In this document: positions 52,013 through 60,720 of the stretch, piece by piece | How the letters are laid out: each line of letters opens with the position of its first letter | Numbering within the stretch: the first letter of the stretch is position 1 | NCBI RefSeq assembly: GCF_030684315.1 | Contig: NC_081365.1 | Location: 39,089,830 to 39,153,829 of the forward strand | Direction: 5' to 3' | Length of the DNA: 64,000 bases | Source of the DNA: Stegostoma tigrinum | Taxonomy: Eukaryota | Program-made: the position numbers and the translations under genes | Notes under the pieces: model-generated | What the model was told of the DNA's origin: nothing | What the model saw: only the letters and a program-made list of their open reading frames with translations | Databases searched by the model: none

Positions 52013-52494
52013 TTGTCATGGCAATTTTTTCGCTTAACAAAATGTTTGAGGCGTCACTTTGAAACCATGAAATAATGGAATGATTCCAAATAAGATTATG
52101 TAGGACCTGAAATTATTGTAAACAGGCTAGTTAGACATCGTCTACAAGCATTGATAACTATTAACTTTCAGGAAATGTATATTTTATAGAATTAAATAAG
52201 CAGAGAGCATCACAATAGATTACTACTGCCACAGATTGAGATCAACAGTGTTGTAGGTAAAATATTACCAAATACAATTTAGTAGTGAGTCAGACTCAGC
52301 TTTATTAACAAAAGCTTTTGGGAGAAGCGAGGATCTCAAAGCGGCTTCACCAAATTTCTCAGCTATTATAGACGATTTCAAAGCTTATATACATTTGCTG
52401 TTACTCGCCACTCTCCCCCAGTCACGAACACAGTTCCTTAACCTGTTCCAGGCGACTCACAATCATCAGACGTTGCCTCCACAGCTTCGGTCTA

Positions 52495-52565
52495 ACGCTC
52501 CACTTCCTTTATCGGAGTTGTCGTGCTGTTCGTTTGCAGGATCTTCCTGTTTCACCACAGTTCTG
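52495..52565 (-). promoter_or_regulatory. RUNX + ETS motif cluster upstream of the pseudogene first-exon donor
   Basis: Minus strand: TGTGGT (52559-52554), CAGGAAG (52549-52543) and AGGAAGTG (52508-52501), followed by ATGATT|GTGAGT at 52466-52455. Confidence 0.5.
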
Positions 52566-53514
52566 CTTTTTCAGCAGTTTGTATTCTTCAAGCTACTTGT
52601 TGTTAGAGGCGTTAGCAAGTTAACTCTTGACTTAATCCCCTCCATCAACAGTTATAACATACTTTAATTAAACCAATTACATGATGCTCACACCATGTTT
52701 TTAAGCTCAGGTGGGCGAATCTCATCAACATTCTTCATTTATTAGCTTATGCTTATTTTGATGAACGCTAATATAAATGATTTATATTGGGAGAACAGTG
52801 GTTTCCCTTTAGTTTGCCAATGCAATGTTTTTTTAAAATCATGGTTGATGGTATTGTGGAGCATTTCGTAGATTTTGAAGGGATCCTACATACAGAACAC
52901 TCTGAAAAACAAAATTTTAAGCATAATTTTCAACCATCGATCTGTGTCTTGCATTTGCATAATGAATGTTAAAATTCTATTAGTTATAAATGCAACTAAA
53001 TGTCATGTCTGTTTCGACCAAAGGCAATGAGACGCAATGACACATTTAATTTTTGAATACAATATTAATCAAGGTTCATTTCCCAAATGGGGGTCCTCAA
53101 AATGGAAATTGGATTAAATCAGAATTATTGTGATTTAAATTATATTGTGCTCAGTGTTTGTGAATTGACTAGTCATCTAAGACAAAAATATTGTATTGCT
53201 ACATCTAACATCATCATGTGTTTTTGGAAGCAGATCGCAATCTGGAAACATTTCACTTAACTTCAAATTCAAGTTATCTCTTACTGATTAGCAGTTAGTT
53301 CAATATGTTTTCTTCTAGTGTCCTAGATTCTACAAAGTTGTTATTTTTTTGTAAGTTTGTAAGCTTGAGGAGAAAATGCCATTTGCAGTCATTCTGTGCA
53401 TTTCAGTTACCAATTTTATAATTGATTCAAGAAGTCGATAAACCTGATCCCATTTCACTAGAATAAATAAGAAGCAAGCCACAAGAGAATGTAAAGTTAC
53501 TATTCAAATGCAGG

Positions 53515-53718
53515 ATAATAAAATGTGAGGCTGGATGAACACCGCAGGCCCAGCAGCATCTCAGGAGCACAAAAGCTGACGTTTCGGGCCTAGACCCTTC
53601 ATCAGAGAGGCCCGAAACATCAGCTTTTGTGCTCCTGAGATGCTGCTGGGCCTGCTGTGTTCATCCAGCCTCACATTTTATTATCTTGGATTCTCCAGCA
53701 TCTGCAGTTCCCATTATC
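53515..53718. mobile_element. Palindromic non-coding PLE derivative with a hammerhead (minus, 53578-53605) and a 16-bp TSD
   Basis: actattcaaatgcagg at 53499-53514 and 53719-53734; near-perfect inverted arms of about 75 bp. Confidence 0.92.
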
Positions 53719-54479
53719 ACTATTCAAATGCAGGTTTCACTTTCTCTTTTTCCAGCTTTACATCATCAATAAACTTGAATAATTATACTTTATTTCTATA
53801 TCCAAGTTCTTGATATGAACAATAGCCGAGGTCCTTGACTTGCCAAATGCAGTCTGTCAACCCAACGATGACTGTTTGCACTCTCTCCATGTTATCAATA
53901 TGACGTTTGTCTTGTGCAGCACCTAATTGATCATTTCTGAAAATCCAAATACACCTTCGCCCCAGATCTACCCTTCTAGCTATATCCTCAAAAACCAATA
54001 ATTTGTGGAACATGTCTCCCTATTGTAAGGTCAGGTTGACTCTGTATGCTCATGATTTTCTAAATGCAATGAAGTCGTGTACCTATTGAACGAATCATGT
54101 ATTTTCCATACTGTCTACATAACCTCGAGGAACATCCTCCAGCCCGCCCCCAAGCCAGCCCAGCAATCCACCATCTCCACCAACAACAACCCTTCAAACA
54201 CAAAAGTGCACAAAGAAATAGACGCAGAACATTTACGCACTGCATTGATAATGATTTCACCACATACCATGTTTAAAGAGCCGTATCCGCACCAGAATGC
54301 CCTTTTACAAACATCCCCAAAATTGAGCTGGTCCCCGAGTACCGGTCGGTGGTGAGCAGCAGTCAATGTGGTGTGACACAGTGCTCGCTACACCCGCATC
54401 AATCTCGCTGCGACTTGAATTTCCCGCATGATAACCAATATTTCCAAGTAACCCGTGAGGCAGCGTCATCCTCAGTAAC

Positions 54480-54516
54480 ATGGGCGCAGTTCTCAGGCTC
54501 TGGCTCTTGGTCTTAG
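54480..54516 (+). CDS. VJ gene 2 exon 1: leader MGAVLRLWLLVL(G)
   Basis: Good Kozak context (aacATGG), hydrophobic peptide, phase-1 donor TTAG|gtaagg and a 95-bp intron. Confidence 0.9.
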
Positions 54517-54611
54517 GTAAGGATTCACTTTGATTCCAGCTAGAAGTCATTACAGTTAGACTTGGATTCCGTGGAGCTAATGGTCCCATTTGTTGCCTTG
54601 TTATGTTCCAG

Positions 54612-54953
54612 GGCCTGTTGTCCCTCTGGAAGTGATTGAGTCTCCTCCAGTTCTCTCCCTCCTGAGAGGACAGACGGCTCGGATCTACTGTAGCCTGATA
54701 CCGGGGGAGGAGCTGGCTGATTTTGTGAAATATTATTGGTGTCGGGCAAGAGACGCTCCTGATTTGAACAGCAACATATCCAGGATCTTCGTGAAAAACA
54801 GCCCCCGTGTGTCCGTGTCTATGTCTGAGAGTTTTCTCATTATCCGGGAGCTGATGCTGAATGATTCGGACACTTACCGATGCGTGGTTCTTAGAGAGAA
54901 ACCTCGGCCCTGGAAATACTTCCTGGGAAATGGAACAACATTGAACGTCCAAG
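54612..54953 (+). CDS. VJ gene 2 exon 2: single-exon germline-joined V-set Ig domain
   Basis: 342-nt phase 1-1 exon (ttatgttccAG|GG...CAAG|gtaatt) encoding PVVPLEVIESPPVLSLLRGQTARIYCSLIPGEELADFVKYYWCRARDAPDLNSNISRIFVKNSPRVSVSMSESFLIIRELMLNDSDTYRCVVLREKPRPWKYFLGNGTTLNVQ. It has the Cys, Trp, DSxTYxC and GNGTTLNV motifs. Confidence 0.93.
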
Positions 54954-55644
54954 GTAATTGTGAAAGATCGTAAATATTCAGCAGATTGGGTTGCATCTGG
55001 AAACAGAAACAGGTCACGGTTCAGAGAAACGACCTTTGCTGATAAACTGTTCACCAGTAAAACCTCCAGCTTCTTCCAGTTCTCACCAAAACACGCCGAC
55101 CTGAGCCGTGACCTGTTTCTGTTCCCACAGAGACTGCCTGAGTATTTCCAGCAACCGTGATATTTTGTTTCTGATTCAGTCTGGACAGACTAGACAGGGA
55201 GAGGCTATCCCATGTCCGAAACCAAGCGGTACAGGCTGACACTGAATATCTCAAGAAGCAGAATCCACATGAGGGTTCGGTTTTAGCTCGCACTGCCGCA
55301 GAGTGTGGCGGACACAGATTCAATCGGGAATTTTAAAACAGGTTGGGACAACAACCTGAAGAGGAGCATTCCAAAGAGAAACATTTTTCAGAGTTGCCGA
55401 AAGAGCCGAGTTGCTCCGGCTCAGTATGGACACGATGGGCCAAATCGCCTCGGTCTGTGCAGAGGCCTTTCTCTGACTCGATTAAGGGAGAACGAAATAG
55501 CTCAATGTGCGAGAGAAGGAAACAGAAATAGTGCCCAGAAACACACTAATATAAACCAGACTGGGGGTTCTTTGGGATCGAATGGTTCGCCCGGGACGAT
55601 CTTTAATCTGACGGTAACCCCTCACCACCTCCTTTTCTATTTAG

Positions 55645-55682
55645 AACCTTTCAGTCCAGATCCTTTTCAAAACTTAGTTTGA
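55645..55682 (+). CDS. VJ gene 2 probable terminal exon (E)PFSPDPFQNLV*
   Basis: Strong acceptor cctccttttctatttAG|AA in phase 1, TGA at 55680-55682, AATAAA at 55740-55745 and a T-rich downstream element. Confidence 0.7.
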
Positions 55683-55825
55683 AGAAAAACGTCCAAAAGA
55701 CAAACTTCTGTAATCCGAAACCCAACAAGTCAAAGACCGAATAAAACGAAACTGATTTTGGGACAAAGGTTCATTTTTTTATCATTTCCCGGAATATACT
55801 GAAGTAAAAAAAACACAAAACCGAG

Positions 55826-57200
55826 TTTGTGTCGGAACCAGTGAGCCTTACGTCTGTTGTAGGAAAAGTTTTGGAAAGGATTATAAGAGATAGGATTCAT
55901 AATCATCGAGCAAGCAACAATTTGATTAGAGATAGTCAGCATGGATTTGTCAAGGGCAGGTCGTGTCTCACAAACCTCATTGAGTTTTTTGAGAAGGTGA
56001 CCAAGCATGTGGATGAAGGTAGGGCAGTTGACGTGGTGTACATGGACCTCAGTAAAGCCTTTGGTAAGGTTCCACATGGTAGGCTATTAGTGAAAATCCA
56101 GAGGCATGGGATTGAGGGAGATTTAGCAGTTTGGATCAGAAACTGGCTTTGTGTAAGAAGGCAACGAGTGGTGGTTGATGGAAAATATTCAGCCTGGAGT
56201 CCGGTCACTGGTGGTGTGCCTCAACGATCTGTTCTGTGACCACTGCTGTTTGTCATTTTTATAAATGACCTGGATGCAGGCATAGGTGGATGGGTTAGTA
56301 AGTTTGCAGATGACACTAAAGTTGGTGGAGTGGTGGACAATGTGGAAGAATGTTGGAGGTTGCAGGGAGACTTGGATAAACTGCAGAATTGGGCCAAACG
56401 GTGACAAATGGAGTTTAATACAGATAAATGTGAGGTGATTCACTTTGCGAGAAATAATAGGAAGGCAGAATACTGGGTCAATGGAAAGATTCTTGTTAGT
56501 GTGGATGTGCAGAGGGATCGTGGTGTCCATGTACTTAGATCCCTGAAAGTTGCCACCCAGGTTGATAGTGCTGTTAAGAAGGCTTACGGTGTGTTAGGTT
56601 TTATTGGTAGCGGGATTGAGTTCCAGAGCTGTGATGTCATGATGCAATTGTACAAAACACTAGTGTAGCCTCATTTGGAATATTGCGTGCAGTTCTGGTC
56701 GCCCCATTACAGGAAGGATGTGGAAGCATTGGAAAAGGTGCAGAGGAGAGTTACCAGGATGTTGCCTGGTCTGGAGTGCAGGCCCTATGAAGAAAGGCTG
56801 AGGGACTTGAGTCTGTTCTCATTGGAGAGAAGGAGGCTCAGAGGGGATTTAATAGAGATGTACAAGATGATCGGAGGATTAGATAGGGTGGACAGTGAGA
56901 ACCTTTTTCCGAGCATGATGACTTCAGCTTGTACAAGGGGGCATAGCTACAAATTGAGGGGTGATAGATTTAAGACAGATGTCAGAGGCAGGTTCTTTAC
57001 TCAGAGAGTGGTAAGGGCGTGGAATGCCCTGCCTGCCAATGTAATTAACTCAGCCACATTAGGGGCATTTAAATAGTCCTTGGATAAGCCTACGGATAAT
57101 GATGGGATAGTGTAGTGGAGGGGCTGAGGTTAATTCACAGGTCAGCGCAACATGGAGGGTCTGAAGGGCCTGTTCTGTGCTGTATTGTTCTATGTTCTAT
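55826..57200 (+). mobile_element. CR1-clade LINE (HER1-like), 5'-truncated, with in-frame stops
   Basis: ORFs 55829-56239, 56408-56668 and 56675-57076 carry RT motifs; the 3' tail is tgttctatgttctat. Confidence 0.96.
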
Positions 57201-57269
57201 CAAACTGGGGAATTTCAAGACTTGCATATTTTAAAAGTAAGAGGGGAAAGATTAAAAAAAAGACGGAGT

Positions 57270-57490
57270 TTTTTTTAGACAGAGTGATTTGTGGGAGGAA
57301 TGGTCTTCCAGAGGAAGTGGTGGATGTACATACAGATATAATGTTTATAAGACATTTAGATAAATACATGAATAAGAAATGTTTGGAGGGATATGGACCA
57401 AGCCCAGGCAGGTGGGACTGATTTAGTTTGGGATTATAGTCGGCATGAATAGGCTGGGCCGAAGGGTCTGTTTCCGCGCTGTATGATTGC
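57270..57490 (+). mobile_element. CR1 3' end fragment
   Basis: Matches the CR1 tails at about 17930-18050 and 37540-37690. Confidence 0.7.
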
Positions 57491-58333
57491 CTGACTGGAA
57501 AATCAATATAAACGGATAGATCGGATGGCACAATATTAAGTGGTCAGGCAACGTAGAGAAATTCAATTGATCGATATTCCTTGATGAATGTATACAAGTG
57601 TCTACTGCAATGCGACCCAAGGAAGGATTCTTGTCAGGAAATCAGGACGAGTAGCCAGCAGAATATTCTATAGCCGGTGGATTACCTCAGTTTTTATTAT
57701 AAATTCAGACTTACTTAAAACAAAACTGAATTGTTTAAATGAGAAAATTTACTTCCAAAAATGTATTCTTCAAACTTGTTTAAGTGGCATTTGCTGACCT
57801 AAGTGTTTGCTGGAACTATAAAATATGACTTTTAATTGCTACATTACACACAGTTTGTGAACAACACCCCATTCTACCGTTGGAATTCCGTTTGACAAAC
57901 CATGTATTCTTTTGATGCATTCCTTACGGTGTATCACTGCTAAGTACAACGCGAAACAGAATGTTTTAAATTGGCCGTTTGGGAATAAACAGTATTTGGT
58001 CGAGAGAAAAAAGAACAGAAGTTGTTGGAAAAGCTCAGCAGGTCTGGCATCATCAGTGAAGAAAAATCGGGGTTAAGATTTGGGTCCGGTGACCCTTCTT
58101 CAGTATTTGGTCGACATTTCGTATTGTTTTTCTCCAATCAACTTTACAGTATGGCTGGAAGGGAACTGGGTGCAAATCGGAAAGTTGGTGACTGGAAGGT
58201 TTAAAATGACGATTTTGTTCATAAAATCACACTTCATCTATAATTGTATCAGAGATAATGGGTTTTTTTTTAACTCGTCCTCACACTCAACAACTTCTCT
58301 TTTGACTCCTCCCACTTCCTACAGACTAAGGGG

Positions 58334-59638
58334 GTGGCCATGGGCACCCGCATGGGCCCCAGCTATGCCTGCCTCTTTGTAGGTTACGTGGAACAGTCCA
58401 TCTTCCGCACCTACACAGGCCCCAAACCCCACCTCTTCCTCCGGTACATTGATGACTGTATCGGCGCCGCCTCTTGCTCCCCAGAGGAGCTCGAACAGTT
58501 CATCCACTTCACCAACACCTTCCACCCCAACCTTCAGTTCACCTGGGCCATCTCCAGCACATCCCTCACCTTACTGGACCTCTCAGTCTCCATCTCAGGC
58601 AACCAGCTTGTAACTGATGTCCATTTCAAGCCCACCGACTCCCACAGCGACCTAGAATACACCTCCTCCCACCCACCCTCCTGCAAAAATTCCATCCCCT
58701 ATTCCCAATTCCTCCTCCTCCGCCGCATCTGCTCCCACGATAAGACATTCCACTCCCGCACATCCCAGATGTCCAAGTTCTTTAAGGACCGCAACTTCCC
58801 CCCCACGGTGATTGAGAACGCCCTTGACCGCGTCTCCCGCATTTCCCGCGACACATCCCTCACACCCCGCCCCCGCCACAACCGCCCCAAGAGGATCCCC
58901 CTCGTTCTCACACACCACCCTACCAACCTCCGGATACAACGCATTATCCTCCGACACTTCCGCCATTTACAATCCGACCCCACCACCCAAGACATTTTTC
59001 CATCCCCACCCCTGTCTGCTTTCCGGAGAGACCACTCTCTCCGTGACTCCCTTGTTCGCTCCACACTGCCCTCCAACCCCACCACACCCGGCACCTTCCC
59101 CTGCAACCGCAGGAAATGCTACACTTGTCCCCACACCTCCTCCCTCACCCCCATCCCAGGCCCCAAGATGACATTCCACATTAAGCAGAGGTTCACCTGC
59201 ACATCTGCCAATGTGGTATACTGCATCCACTGTACCCGGTGCGGCTTTCTCTACATTGGGGAAACCAAGCGGAGGCTTGGGGACCGCTTTGCAGAACACC
59301 TCCGCTCAGTTCGCAACAAACAACTGCACCTCCCAGTCGCAAACCATTTCCACTCCCCCTCCCATTCTCTTGATGACATGTCCATCATGGGCCTCCTGCA
59401 CTGCCACAATGATGCCACCCGAAGGTTGCAGGAACAGCAACTCATATTCCGCCTGGGAACCCTGCAGCCATATGGTATCAATGTGGACTTCACCAGTTTC
59501 AAAATCTCCCCTTCCCCCACTGCATCCCTAAACCAGCCCAGTTCATCCCCTCCCCCCACTGCACCACACAACCAGCCCAGCTCTTCCCCCCCACCCACTG
59601 CATCCCAAAACCAGTCCAACCTGTCTCTGCCTCCCTAA
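58334..59638 (+). CDS. PLE ORF remnant: C-terminal RT (RYIDD), thumb/linker and GIY-YIG endonuclease
   Basis: 434-aa open frame with AMGTRMGPSYA, RYIDD, FLDL-like (LLDL) and NVVYCIHCTRCGFLYIGETKRRLGDRFAEH. The N-terminus is missing, so it is not autonomous. Confidence 0.9.
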   Translation: MAMGTRMGPSYACLFVGYVEQSIFRTYTGPKPHLFLRYIDDCIGAASCSPEELEQFIHFTNTFHPNLQFTWAISSTSLTLLDLSVSISGNQLVTDVHFKPTDSHSDLEYTSSHPPSCKNSIPYSQFLLLRRICSHDKTFHSRTSQMSKFFKDRNFPPTVIENALDRVSRISRDTSLTPRPRHNRPKRIPLVLTHHPTNLRIQRIILRHFRHLQSDPTTQDIFPSPPLSAFRRDHSLRDSLVRSTLPSNPTTPGTFPCNRRKCYTCPHTSSLTPIPGPKMTFHIKQRFTCTSANVVYCIHCTRCGFLYIGETKRRLGDRFAEHLRSVRNKQLHLPVANHFHSPSHSLDDMSIMGLLHCHNDATRRLQEQQLIFRLGTLQPYGINVDFTSFKISPSPTASLNQPSSSPPPTAPHNQPSSSPPPTASQNQSNLSLPP

Positions 59639-59862
59639 CCGGTTCTTCCTCTCACCCATCCCTTCCTCCCACCCCAAGCCGCACCCCCAGCTACCTACTA
59701 ACCTCATCCCACCTCCTTGACCTGTCCGTCTTCCCTGGACTGACCTATCCCCTCCCTACCTCCCCACCCACACCTTCTCCACCTATCTTCTTTACTCTCC
59801 ATCTTCGGTCCGCCTCCCCCTCTCTCCCTATTTATTCCAGTTCCCTCCCCCCATCCCCCTCT

Positions 59863-59890
59863 CTGATGAAGGGTCTAGGCCCGAAACGTC
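59863..59890 (+). ncRNA. Minimal hammerhead ribozyme core of PLE family A
   Basis: CTGATGA-A-GGG[TCTAGG]CCC-GAAAC-GTC; the loopless ACGU stem III is typical of PLE minimal hammerheads. Confidence 0.8.
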
Positions 59891-60404
59891 AGCTTTTGTG
59901 CTCCTGAGATGCTGCTTGGCCTGCTGTGTTCATCCAGCCTCACATTTTATTATCTTCATCTATAATTAGCAGTTTCTGGAACGTTCAGTGTAGGTAGAAA
60001 AAGGCCCAGATTTTCCGGAAGCTAGATAGTCATTGTTACAGTGGCCGGGAGGCGTGCATGGGGACCCTGCGGACGAACAAATTGCCCGAGGCACTAAAGA
60101 TTCTGTGGACATATCCTCTCTTAAAGTCTCCACATTTGAAAGTTTCTAATGAAATTCAGTAAGTAATTACTCAGGAGAAGGCAAGTACCTTGTACTAAAT
60201 TGCCCCCGCCCCCCCCCCCCAACAGTGACGAACCCCTTACCCCACCTCCCCCAGGGGACTTACAGACCCGGATCCTGACTTGAAACCCAGATCGGATCTG
60301 ACCTGTTCCCCACCTCCCCCCCCCCTCCCCACACCCCACCTTACTGACCAAGTACACTACCCTCTACTCAGCTGGCACCTTAATTTGTATCCTATGCCAG
60401 GGTC

Positions 60405-60720
60405 GCGGGGGGAGGTAATGGCCTAGTGGTATTATCGCTGGGCTGTTAATCCAGAGAGCCAGAAAACCATCTGGGGACCGTGACAGGTGGTGGAATTTGA
60501 ATTCAATAAATATCCAGAATTAAGAATCCACTGTCAATTGTTGGGGGGAAACCCATCTGGTTCACTAATGCCCTTTAGGGAAGGAAACTGCCATCCTTAC
60601 CTGGTCTGGCCTACATGTGACTCCAGTCCCACAGCAATGTGGTTGTCTCTTAATTACCCCCTGGGCAATAAATGCTGCCTAGCCAGCAACACCTTCATCC
60701 TGTGAACAAATAAAAAAAAG
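60405..60720 (+). mobile_element. tRNA-derived SINE of a second family
   Basis: A-box-like tggcctagtgg head and an A-rich tail. Related decayed copies lie at about 4480-4700 (minus) and 17230-17480 (plus). Confidence 0.7.

Larger units (their letters stand above)
45147..52466 (-). pseudogene. Germline-joined VJ-C1-TM-cytoplasmic IgSF receptor pseudogene (antigen-receptor-like)
   Basis: A chain of minus-strand exons with canonical splice sites: exon 1 donor at 52460; leader/V exon 52106-52013 + 50107-49843; C1 exon 49728-49381/5; TM remnant 47807-47727; microexon 46538-46522; cytoplasmic exon 46398-46260; terminal exon from 45154 with AATAAA at 44955-44950. It carries multiple stops and frameshifts plus a PLE insertion. 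Confidence 0.68.
58246..59953 (+). mobile_element. Young Penelope-like element, 5'-truncated, with a 14-bp TSD
   Basis: cttcatctataatt at 58232-58245 and 59954-59967; uninterrupted RT-to-endonuclease frame. Confidence 0.96.

Noticed and set aside
54377-54415. CACAGTG heptamer upstream of VJ gene 2 as a recombination signal sequence
   Set aside because: There is no acceptable ACAAAAACC nonamer at a 12- or 23-bp spacing, and it is upstream of the leader rather than at a V/J junction.
5815-54953. Interpretation as a rearranging Ig/TCR/IgNAR cluster
   Set aside because: There are no separate D or J segments, no RSS pairs and no intact C-region exons. J motifs are fused in the V exons and lack the canonical F/W-G-x-G.
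54305-55054. 249-aa minus-strand ORF
   Set aside because: It is the antisense shadow of VJ gene 2, has no domain features and crosses that gene's introns.
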